Virus record (IMG/VR): IMGVR_UViG_3300035001_000008
Coordinates: 1-64,000 of that record
Direction: 5' to 3' (one strand)
DNA from: a virus
Length of the DNA stretch: 64,000 nt
The position numbers and the translations under genes are program-made. Positions within the stretch are counted from its first letter, which is position 1. Each line of letters opens with the position of its first letter. The notes below the pieces were generated by a model. That model saw only the letters and a list, made by a program, of their open reading frames with translations. It was not told the origin of the DNA and made no database searches. Shown one piece after another: positions 55,841 through 64,000 of the stretch.

Positions 55841-56386
55841 CTAGAAAGGGATCAATTCGAGAGCTTTAGCATCGTACTCAGCCTTAAACGATTCAAAAGC
55901 AATACCTTTAGCTAGTGCTTTTTCTTTAACAGCATCTAGCGCGGCATCGTCTTCAGCATTAGCAATGGCTTTAAGCAATGCTGCTGAGGGCTTAACGATG
56001 GTTGTGGGAGAGGCTACTGCTACTTGCTCAGCGTCTTGGGTATAATCCCCTCCATTGTTACTGGTGGCGGCTTCTAGGGCAAATACAGTTAGGTATAGCT
56101 TAGTCTGCTTCTTACCGTCACGTTCCCATTCATCATGCGATAGTTTAGATTCAGTAATAGCAACTCGATCACCCTTATCAAATTGCATAAGTGAATCAGC
56201 CGCATCATTCCAAGCTTTAATGGTAATCCAGGTAGAAGGATTCCATTCATCAGTCTTTTTATTCTTACCTTGGCTAACAGCTACGTTAACCTCAGCTACC
56301 CGTGAACCACTATCAAATGTTTTTAGTTCTGGAGGTTTGCCTAGATTACCGACAATTTGAACTTTATTTTTAACTACGTCATTCAT
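55841..56386 (-). CDS. ssb: Single-stranded DNA-binding protein
   Basis: NKVQIVGNLGKPPELK OB-fold; C-terminal IPF. Confidence 0.92.
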   Translation of the reverse strand: MNDVVKNKVQIVGNLGKPPELKTFDSGSRVAEVNVAVSQGKNKKTDEWNPSTWITIKAWNDAADSLMQFDKGDRVAITESKLSHDEWERDGKKQTKLYLTVFALEAATSNNGGDYTQDAEQVAVASPTTIVKPSAALLKAIANAEDDAALDAVKEKALAKGIAFESFKAEYDAKALELIPF

Positions 56387-56434
56387 TGTTATTCACCTCT
56401 AATTTTGTTTAACGTTAAGCGTAGCAAGCAGGAG

Positions 56435-57061
56435 TTAGAAATCAACCTCCTGTTGAGTCTTCATCAACTTAAAAGCATTTTCAAAATGAACAATGCGATT
56501 ATCTTGAATATCCTTAGTGTTACCTGTAGGTACACCTTGCTCAATTAGATATTGCTTGAGCTTGGCCCCATCCTTGTTAAAAGCATCCATGCCCATAGCA
56601 TAAAGCTTGGCTGAGGTAGGCTTAGCTCCGCTAGCAGGGGCTTTAGATGCGGGTGTAGTAGTCTTACCGGGTGTAGGTGACAAGGAATTACCATCATCAT
56701 CAATATCAGCATTCACATCAAAGAATGCACACTTTTGCCCCCTACGCGCATAGGTTATTTCACCTAAAAGCTTCTGTGGATCACCCGATGAATTAAGTGG
56801 ATACATACCGGCATCTACAGACTGTCCTGATACGTGATAAAGCGTACCTTGTAGGTATTGTTTACCTTCAAATACAACAGTTTTATGGGTAAAGAACAAG
56901 CCGTTTGAAAGTAAAGCAGCATCTACTGATTCAGCAACATCTGAGTTAGATGAATACTTACCTTTGGTTGGCCCTGAAATAAATCGAGTGTTAGTAGCAG
57001 TTCTACCCAAAGGCTTAAACTCTGCTTTAGCTTTAACAACAGCTTTGATAAGATCTTCCAT
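56435..57061 (-). CDS. erf: ERF-family single-strand annealing protein
   Basis: N..F..KYS, GEITYARRG, DDDGNS. Confidence 0.9.
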   Translation of the reverse strand: MEDLIKAVVKAKAEFKPLGRTATNTRFISGPTKGKYSSNSDVAESVDAALLSNGLFFTHKTVVFEGKQYLQGTLYHVSGQSVDAGMYPLNSSGDPQKLLGEITYARRGQKCAFFDVNADIDDDGNSLSPTPGKTTTPASKAPASGAKPTSAKLYAMGMDAFNKDGAKLKQYLIEQGVPTGNTKDIQDNRIVHFENAFKLMKTQQEVDF

Positions 57062-57127
57062 TACCTTCCACTACCCCTATCACCAGGTTTCATTTTGTTA
57101 ATCCTTATCTAATGTTATACGCTTAAC

Positions 57128-57454
57128 CTAAAACCAATCGGGATTCTCATCGACTGCACTAAAGCAAGCGCAATGGCCTAGGTAATCAGCCTTATAGGTT
57201 TCAGATAGGTAGTCTGCAATAAAGCTTACTTGAGGCTCTACAGGCTTCAGCGTGTCAACCTCTACCATGTGCCGTACAACATCGCTATCGTACCAGCATC
57301 GCTCATTATCAGAGTCTACATAAGAAGCGTGTAGACGAAAGGTAAGCTCAACTAGACCCGGTGAATCGGCTTCAGGGTCTTGGATTACGATGTCTTGCTT
57401 AACAGTGGTGTAGGTCATTGGTTTGTTTCCTAAGCGATGTAACCATACTAGCAT
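57128..57454 (-). CDS. Hypothetical protein (true start probably MTYTT)
   Basis: ORF track. Confidence 0.5.
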   Translation of the reverse strand: MLVWLHRLGNKPMTYTTVKQDIVIQDPEADSPGLVELTFRLHASYVDSDNERCWYDSDVVRHMVEVDTLKPVEPQVSFIADYLSETYKADYLGHCACFSAVDENPDWF

Positions 57455-57525
57455 CTAACATTAGACATTGCGCAACAAAAACCAAGCTTCACACAAGCTT
57501 TATCTAATGCTACATGTCGCTGTAG

Positions 57526-57912
57526 CTATACAACAGCGGTTTTAATCAGATCTACTTCGATAATAAATGAAGCAAATCCTGTTAACGGCTCCCGTGTATA
57601 AACTTCGGAGCCATCATTCTTGGCTATCTGAAGCTCATAGAAGTACTTCTTACCGTTCCCGGCTATCTGGAGGGCTGATGTGTCACTAGGCGCTAGCACA
57701 GTCTCAGCTACTAGGTTAGATATGACTGTAATACCATTACCTGTACGTTTTGTAATCTCAGCATCTTCATCAGGTAGTGTAAGGGCTGACTTAACTACAA
57801 AACGGGTTGTGTATCCCGGTGTATTAAAATGTGGTACTGCACCACTCTCTAAGGTATGCGTAAGTTTAACTGTGTCACCCTGTCTAATCGTTCCACCGTT
57901 CAATCCTGCCAT
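57526..57912 (-). CDS. BppU-N-like beta-sandwich structural protein
   Basis: IRQGDT..FVVKS..D.DAEITK..GNGI..L.PSDT..YFYELQI. Confidence 0.7.
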   Translation of the reverse strand: MAGLNGGTIRQGDTVKLTHTLESGAVPHFNTPGYTTRFVVKSALTLPDEDAEITKRTGNGITVISNLVAETVLAPSDTSALQIAGNGKKYFYELQIAKNDGSEVYTREPLTGFASFIIEVDLIKTAVV

Positions 57913-58220
57913 ATCTGCGTAGTGCTTCCTTTAATTGATTCAAAAGTTGTTAGACAAGGCTTAATACTTTCTATTTTAGTTTCTATAGCTTTACGAATTT
58001 CTAAGGTAGTTAGTACAAATTTTGTAGTTTCAATTTCAGTGGCCATTTTAGAGTGATACTCAAAAGTAGTTAGACTTGATTGAATTAACTTAAGTGAGGT
58101 AATAGCACCTAAATAATTACCAATTAAGATTAATTCTTCTGGTGTAAAGCCATCTTTGGCTACAGCTAGTGAGCCATAGCCTATACCATCTTTAGCAATA
58201 GATAGAGCATTAACAGGCAC
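57900..58220 (-). CDS. Structural protein with DGIGYG N-terminal motif (copy 2)
   Basis: LSIAKDGIGYGSLAVAKDGF. Confidence 0.55.
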   Translation of the reverse strand: MPVNALSIAKDGIGYGSLAVAKDGFTPEELILIGNYLGAITSLKLIQSSLTTFEYHSKMATEIETTKFVLTTLEIRKAIETKIESIKPCLTTFESIKGSTTQIWQD

Positions 58221-58627
58221 TACCTACCCGCTTTAGATTCTTTTTCAACAATAAACTTGCCGTCAAACCCACCACCTTTATGTACGCGAATGGGCACACC
58301 TCCAACGGGAGTAATAGACCAGGCATAACCTACCGTAACCGTTTCATCTTCGCCTAGTAATACAGCTAGATTAGATTCTGAAATTGTCAATAATACAGTT
58401 TGTACCGACTCAGTATCTAAAAGCTTAGTAAGCCCGTTATCAGTATCTAAGATAACTGTAGGCTCTGAGGCTGATGGATTATTATACAAAACTAATTCAA
58501 TAGCAGCCCCTACAAAGTCTGTAGGATTGTCTGAACTAGTATCTAAGGCTGCACGTGTAAACGTAAATAATTTAGCGGTAATTGCAGCACCCGCTAGATA
58601 CGTTTTATCAGCTAAAACATCAACCAT
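58220..58627 (-). CDS. BppU-N-like beta-sandwich protein (divergent)
   Basis: DFVGAAIEL..LDTDNGL..LTIS..YAWSI..GKFIV. Confidence 0.55.
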   Translation of the reverse strand: MVDVLADKTYLAGAAITAKLFTFTRAALDTSSDNPTDFVGAAIELVLYNNPSASEPTVILDTDNGLTKLLDTESVQTVLLTISESNLAVLLGEDETVTVGYAWSITPVGGVPIRVHKGGGFDGKFIVEKESKAGR

Positions 58628-58630
58628 AAT

Positions 58631-59074
58631 CTAATCTCCAAAAGTACCGCTAGGTTTTAATTCAATCGAATTAAGAGTTATTACATAATCAATACTGTCA
58701 ACTACAATACCAAAGCTAACTGAACCTAATTCAGGTTCTTTTGCTATAAAATCAAGTGTTACAGGGCTATCGTAACTACCTAATGATGGTGCGCTTATTG
58801 TAGAAGACATAATTAAATCATAACTGATTGAATCTAATGCTAATAAGTACTCAAAATAATCAACGGTTAAACTTAAATCAATTGAACTTAATTCATTAAA
58901 TCCTATTTGAATTGAATTAAAATTAGTGATTGATGAATAACTAACTAGGTTGGGTGGGCTTATTGTTAGATTTGATGTTTTAAGTTTGTTGCTTGTGTTA
59001 AACCCATCGCTAGCTGTAACTAAACCGCCATAACCTATACCATCCCTTGCTAAAGTTAAGCCGCTTAAAGTCAT
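58631..59074 (-). CDS. Structural protein with DGIGYG N-terminal motif (copy 1)
   Basis: LTLARDGIGYGGLVTASDGF. Confidence 0.55.
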   Translation of the reverse strand: MTLSGLTLARDGIGYGGLVTASDGFNTSNKLKTSNLTISPPNLVSYSSITNFNSIQIGFNELSSIDLSLTVDYFEYLLALDSISYDLIMSSTISAPSLGSYDSPVTLDFIAKEPELGSVSFGIVVDSIDYVITLNSIELKPSGTFGD

Positions 59075-60234
59075 TAGTTAGGGGTAGCCGTATAGCTACC
59101 AGATCCATTATCAGTTAGCATAATGTCTACATCAGAATCACTTGAAGTAATCGATGTATTTGTATAAGTAGTCGATACCCCATCAACTAAAGCAAAGCGT
59201 TTAGCTAACTTAGTAATTGGCAAAACTGTAGTTTGAAGTGCTAAGCTTGAAACATCAGACTTAAATATGTTTTGTCTATTATCTGCTGTAAAGTATCCGT
59301 AGATATCAGCAGCATTCACAGTTACAGGCGTTGTGGCAGCGTCAAAAGTGCTACGTGATGTAATATTAGCGTCGATTCGTGCTAGTTCAATAGCCAATTC
59401 AGCCCTAACGGCTTGAGCAATGGCTTGTTGTTCTGCCGCCGGTAAATCAAACTGTGCATTAATGACCTGCAAAAATGCGTCAATAACTTTACTTGGATCC
59501 CCCTCATCGATAATCGCAACTTCAACAGCAACGGCAATAGCATTGCGTTCTTCTGTGGTTAAGGCAAACCCTACTTTATCAGTGAGGCTTCTAGTTGCGT
59601 ACTCCCATACCTGCTGAGCGTTTAACGTGCTAAACCCTGTAGCCTTGAATGCATTAGCCCTAGTACCCTCAGTAAAATAAGTATATATTTCAGCTTCGGT
59701 TGGGGCATTACCTGACCCAGATCCACCCGTGGGAGCATTGGCTAAAGCTGTTGTACTGAATGCCGTCGCCCCATTGCCTGAGGTTGTTGCGTTGAATAAG
59801 GTTGTTAACTGCGTTGATTGCGTGCTATCTAACCCGCTACCAGTTGAAACCATAATAATTTCAACTTGAGGCGGTTGATAGTCAATATCTACAATAGAAA
59901 GTAGGGAAGACCTATCAAATAGATCAGCACCTTCTGATTGATCTTCCGCACTAATTAAAGAGCCTCTAATTTTTAGCGTATGTGTGGCGTCATAGGGTAC
60001 AATTTTCACCCCTGAATTTAAGTCAGTGAATCTAGGTGTAAATTTTGCAGCGCCAATTTGTTGATTGCCAAACGCTGAAACCATAGGCGGAAATTTACGC
60101 TCATTGTTAACATTTAATCGCCGCCTAAGCCGATGTTCTTTGTAAATGTCAATGGGTTGAATATCAATACCAATTGAATCAACGCTTAGATAAATCCGGT
60201 TAGTTGTGTAATCCTCTGACGCGATTAAAACCAT
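59074..60234 (-). CDS. Putative virion fibre/appendage protein
   Basis: RIYL..PIDIYKEHR N-domain; internal repeat EIYTYFT..RANAFK / DIYGYFT..RQNIFK. Confidence 0.6.
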   Translation of the reverse strand: MVLIASEDYTTNRIYLSVDSIGIDIQPIDIYKEHRLRRRLNVNNERKFPPMVSAFGNQQIGAAKFTPRFTDLNSGVKIVPYDATHTLKIRGSLISAEDQSEGADLFDRSSLLSIVDIDYQPPQVEIIMVSTGSGLDSTQSTQLTTLFNATTSGNGATAFSTTALANAPTGGSGSGNAPTEAEIYTYFTEGTRANAFKATGFSTLNAQQVWEYATRSLTDKVGFALTTEERNAIAVAVEVAIIDEGDPSKVIDAFLQVINAQFDLPAAEQQAIAQAVRAELAIELARIDANITSRSTFDAATTPVTVNAADIYGYFTADNRQNIFKSDVSSLALQTTVLPITKLAKRFALVDGVSTTYTNTSITSSDSDVDIMLTDNGSGSYTATPN

Positions 60235-60238
60235 TTAT

Positions 60239-60565
60239 TTACTCTGTAGTCCAACCCGTAATAGGGTCAATTGGTTTTTCAATGTCTTCGCTAATCCAAC
60301 GGTTTGCTAGTTTAGTCATTACACTTTGTAAACCGGCAATTGAAATAGAACCGGATAACTTAGTAATAGGGTCGGTGAATGCTATAGTTTCTTGCACCAC
60401 TTCCATAGCATTACGATACACTCTATCAGTATTACCAATAATAGCGACAACCTTATTGTCTGCGTCTAGTTCTACTTTTTGAACCAAAATACTTAAAATA
60501 GGTAAGGAGTTTGGCCTAACAGTATCAATCGTAATTTGTTGAGGTCTATGCGCTTTTTTATTCAT
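60239..60565 (-). CDS. Hypothetical protein
   Basis: In a packed structural operon. Confidence 0.5.
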   Translation of the reverse strand: MNKKAHRPQQITIDTVRPNSLPILSILVQKVELDADNKVVAIIGNTDRVYRNAMEVVQETIAFTDPITKLSGSISIAGLQSVMTKLANRWISEDIEKPIDPITGWTTE

Positions 60566-62073
60566 TAAATATTAGTCTCTGCTTCTGACAGAGCTTGTGC
60601 CGAAATGGTAGACTGTCGAGTAATCGTAATCTCAGCTAGAGCAGCTTGTGCGCCACCGTCGCCTTCGGCAAGAAAGACGACTACTTTATCAATCCCAGCA
60701 ACTAACCCAGCTTGAACGTTACCGTCATAATCAAACGAGAAGACGATGCGCTTGCTTCCTGTGGAGCCTGTTGCAGCCGATGACGTACCCACTACAGGGA
60801 CTCCTGATGCGTTGTTGACAATTACAGCTCCAGTCGTGTCAAAGTCAGCGGTAGATGCCCCATCCTTAAACATGCACTGATACCATGCGTTAGGATCATT
60901 TGCCCATGCATCAGATACAAATACTGTCACCTGTACGTTAAATGGATAGGTTTTTAAGTTTCCGGAGTTGTCAGTAAAGGCGACACTTTGTTGGTCAGCA
61001 GTGGGAACATTTTCAATAAACAACCCCTGCCTTGGTCTGAGTCGGCCTACGTCATCAATCGTATAAAGACGCGCTGCTCGCTTTGGCTTAAACCCATTGA
61101 GGTTAGTATCAATATCCGTATCTAGCTGCATCCAAGCATCCATACGCGCCCGAATCTGCGCTAATGTTGCTCCTGCCGAGTTACTGATTACGTCAGTGAA
61201 AAGACCGCTGGCTTGCACAAAACCTGTCTTGGTTTGAGGTGAAGCAAAACGAGTGAATAGAATACCCGTGTAGGGAGAGATAGCTGAGCCGCCGTACACT
61301 TGAGACAAAGTAAATGTACTTGTGGGGCTAAGGACTTCACCTAAGCCAAATCCAGCGGAGAACCCTTGAAGAGTCTCTACACCTGAACCACCAACACCCT
61401 TGGAAAATGCTACCCCTTGGGTATAACCAAAGGTGCGGACTTTGGAGAATAGTACCCTAGAAGTTGTGAAGTCAAAATTACCCGCACCTGAGTCTCCGTT
61501 AGCTGTGCTACCAAACACTTGGAAAGCTTCATCGAGGGGGCCGAGTCTGGAGGCATTAATAGGTGCGGCTGCTAATAGGTCAACCTCAGACTGTGAAGCG
61601 GATAGCTGGATATAGGGTTGACTGGTTGGCTGAATATCGTTAAGAGAACGAACACCAAAATAAATGCGATCAATAGCGCGAGTGGCCGAATATTCGATCC
61701 ACCCAGACTGTCTAATCTTGGTTCTATCTGTGCCTGCTAGCTTAATCCCATTCTCAAACACCCATGCCCCTGCAAACTGAAATACACCATCAGTACCGGG
61801 CAGAAACTTTCTAAGGCTTGTATTAGTGCGTCTAATGCGCCGCTCAAATGCGTAGAGAGCCTGAAGGGTAATACCGAAAGCGTTAGTTAGTGGATTGGCT
61901 TCTAGCCCACTACCTAGGTTAACTTGGGATAACTCTTCAGCGGTAATAATTTCAATACGATCATTTACTGTATCAATGAAAATATTTCCGTCGGGGGTGC
62001 CTGCTCTACCTTGAGTAGACTGTACTAATAGAGTGGTTTGATTAGTGCGTGTAATTAACTGCGGGGTTGCCAT
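60565..62073 (-). CDS. Putative virion structural protein
   Basis: 502 aa, T/G/S-rich beta composition. Confidence 0.6.
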   Translation of the reverse strand: MATPQLITRTNQTTLLVQSTQGRAGTPDGNIFIDTVNDRIEIITAEELSQVNLGSGLEANPLTNAFGITLQALYAFERRIRRTNTSLRKFLPGTDGVFQFAGAWVFENGIKLAGTDRTKIRQSGWIEYSATRAIDRIYFGVRSLNDIQPTSQPYIQLSASQSEVDLLAAAPINASRLGPLDEAFQVFGSTANGDSGAGNFDFTTSRVLFSKVRTFGYTQGVAFSKGVGGSGVETLQGFSAGFGLGEVLSPTSTFTLSQVYGGSAISPYTGILFTRFASPQTKTGFVQASGLFTDVISNSAGATLAQIRARMDAWMQLDTDIDTNLNGFKPKRAARLYTIDDVGRLRPRQGLFIENVPTADQQSVAFTDNSGNLKTYPFNVQVTVFVSDAWANDPNAWYQCMFKDGASTADFDTTGAVIVNNASGVPVVGTSSAATGSTGSKRIVFSFDYDGNVQAGLVAGIDKVVVFLAEGDGGAQAALAEITITRQSTISAQALSEAETNI

Positions 62074-62074
62074 A

Positions 62075-63589
62075 TTAAATAAATACCTCTAATTCTAAGT
62101 TTGATGCTAGGTCTAACGTTTGCGAAGTTGCCGGTATACTGCCTGCGATATTAAATTCTCGATACAGAGCAGAATCGCCGGTATTTGGAACGAACTGAAA
62201 GATCACAGAATTTCCTGCTGTACCCACGTAACTAATATTGCTGCCTGTCGTAGGGTTAGTTACTTGTAAAGCTGTACCTAGATCTTGAGCATCTGATTCC
62301 TCATCATCCCAAATAGTAAAAATACCTCCAGCAGGTATACCTGAAAGTGTTAATGTCGGTGTCGGTGCAATAATGTTTACTGTCCCGGCTACTACGGTTA
62401 CATCAGATAGAGTAAAGTTGCCTGATGTTTGAATATTTAAGGTTTTACCGGAGGCATCAACTCTAACTTTTCGTGTCCCTGGAGTACCGAAGATAATACC
62501 CGTTACATCAAGTGTTGCACCTGAGGTAAAATTAGAGCCGCTACAATTAATAAAATGGGCGTTACTAGTGCCTGTGAGATTTAACCCATTAAACGTAGTG
62601 GTGCCGTTCCACTCAATGGCATAACTAGCTGTGTTGCTCCGTACAGCACCGCCAAAGCTCGTACCACCAGTGATAGAGCCTGTCCCGCTAGCTAACACTC
62701 CATTAAAAACAGCTAATCCTAGGCTAACCGTTGAGTGTCTAAGAATTAGAACGTCACTACTGTAAGTATTAATAAATATACTTACATCAGCAAATGTAAA
62801 TTCTTCGCTTGCAGTTCCTACAAATTGAACTCCTGAAAAAGTTTGAGATGCGGTAGAATCAATTCTGAATACCCTATTTGTTAAAGATATTCTAGGGGTG
62901 CTAGTTCCTGAGCTTATACTATAAGCGTTTGGTTGAAATGCTAAACAACCGTTTAGAAAACTACTAACCGTTGGGGCTAACGTTAGCGGTACAGGCATCC
63001 CAACATAGTTACCTGAAATTAATTCAGCACCATCGGATGAACCGTTCAACAACGATTGAATAAGAGTATAAGTACTTCCAGGTGTTAACGGATTACCAAC
63101 TTCACCAGCCCCAAAATTTATACCTGTGCTCTTAAGGTATGAGTAGGGACGGTAAAGTGATACTTCTCTACTGGTGGTAGTAGTTGAACTTGTTACATAA
63201 AATCTAATTTTATTAACAGCAGTAATGTCAAAAGTTCCAGTATCCGCGAAGTTAGATCCTTGAGCTTCTAAATAAAACTCGGTGATGTTATTAGGGCCAC
63301 AAAGTATGTTCCATCTTCTTTCACCATTAGTAGAAAGAAAAGCGAAAGAAGCAGCAGTTAAACTAAATGTATGACGGAAACCAAAAAATATCCCGCGCCC
63401 AGTTAAATCAAAGGTTCCATCGGCTGTGAACTCTACCCACATCTCAACGTTAGCTGTCGGGTTGAGAGAACTAACAGCTACAGATGTTGTGCCAGTCGAA
63501 ATTGAAATCGTAGCATCAGACGACACAATCCCGGTATTAGACGTTGTTGATCTTAGTAGTGTTGCGCCAGTAATACTTGGAACTGCCAT
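62075..63589 (-). CDS. Putative receptor-binding / beta-helical virion protein
   Basis: 504 aa, T/S/G/N-rich; lectin-like N-terminus and beta-helix-like middle (inferred). Confidence 0.55.
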   Translation of the reverse strand: MAVPSITGATLLRSTTSNTGIVSSDATISISTGTTSVAVSSLNPTANVEMWVEFTADGTFDLTGRGIFFGFRHTFSLTAASFAFLSTNGERRWNILCGPNNITEFYLEAQGSNFADTGTFDITAVNKIRFYVTSSTTTTSREVSLYRPYSYLKSTGINFGAGEVGNPLTPGSTYTLIQSLLNGSSDGAELISGNYVGMPVPLTLAPTVSSFLNGCLAFQPNAYSISSGTSTPRISLTNRVFRIDSTASQTFSGVQFVGTASEEFTFADVSIFINTYSSDVLILRHSTVSLGLAVFNGVLASGTGSITGGTSFGGAVRSNTASYAIEWNGTTTFNGLNLTGTSNAHFINCSGSNFTSGATLDVTGIIFGTPGTRKVRVDASGKTLNIQTSGNFTLSDVTVVAGTVNIIAPTPTLTLSGIPAGGIFTIWDDEESDAQDLGTALQVTNPTTGSNISYVGTAGNSVIFQFVPNTGDSALYREFNIAGSIPATSQTLDLASNLELEVFI

Positions 63590-63656
63590 TTATTAAATAC
63601 CTATAAGCGCTTATGCTGTTTAATATTAAAAACTTGAATATACTTTAATTGTAGCT

Positions 63657-64000
63657 TTAATCAATTTTTAGAACTCCGGTACTAGGTATTTGAAATTCTA
63701 ACGTATCCCCTAAAGACGTTTTAGTTGTATATGCACCGGGTGCAGAAATTTGAAGTGTGAATGTACCTGAAGTGGTAGTGTTTTTTGTTAATACTAATTG
63801 ATTGGATGAAGGGATAGATAGAATTTTTGAATCTGGTGAAATGCCTGTACCTATAACAGCCATACCATTTGTAAATTCACTAAAGCTATTTATTGTTGTA
63901 ACAATGGGAGATCCACTAGTCACGGTGCAACTTGATATAGGTGTTGCTTGCACGTAAGGGTGAAACGCTACAAATTCATCACTATTTGAGGGTGATGCCC
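63657..64000 (-). CDS. C-terminal part of a fibre-like protein, truncated by the window edge
   Basis: Frame open to 64000; GSPIVT..GMAVIGTGI..KILSI motif typical of fibre proteins. Confidence 0.6.
   Translation of the reverse strand, partial: ASPSNSDEFVAFHPYVQATPISSCTVTSGSPIVTTINSFSEFTNGMAVIGTGISPDSKILSIPSSNQLVLTKNTTTSGTFTLQISAPGAYTTKTSLGDTLEFQIPSTGVLKID

Larger units (their letters stand above)
1520..64000. mobile_element. Siphovirus-type prophage (left boundary approximate, right end outside window)
   Basis: Integrase, head, tail, lysis and replication genes; visible GC drop near 1.5 kb. Confidence 0.93.

Overview
A ~1.5 kb GC-richer host flank (DUF2934/pentapeptide-repeat gene and tRNA-Phe, cyanobacterial in style) is followed by a large AT-rich siphovirus-type prophage that runs past the right edge of the window. 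The prophage carries a tyrosine integrase, a lambda M-L-K-I-J-like tail-tip operon on the + strand, and a 2985-aa multi-enzyme tape measure. It also has tail chaperones with a GGGAAAG -1 frameshift, tail tube/neck genes, a DUF2184/DUF2213-type head module, an M15 endolysin, a putative origin and initiator, and a portal fused to an InPase-like domain. The early region holds two abutting tRNAs, a solo TnpB, ThyX, an SF2 helicase, SLOG and HD-hydrolase genes, and SSB/ERF; a second structural module sits at the right end. No terminase, reverse transcriptase or CRISPR array was seen. Best leads: (1) two orphan STAS-like (DUF4325-like) paralogues lacking the usual phospho-acceptor Ser, possibly decoys for a host kinase-STAS-toxin switch; (2) a dispersed TCTAAYRTTAGA operator-like palindrome; (3) a 28-bp nested inverted-repeat origin candidate; (4) enzyme cargo on the portal, tape measure and a second gpM-like protein; (5) a tail-tip operon directly behind int and opposite to the tape measure. 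All family assignments come from motif recognition by eye, not database searches.
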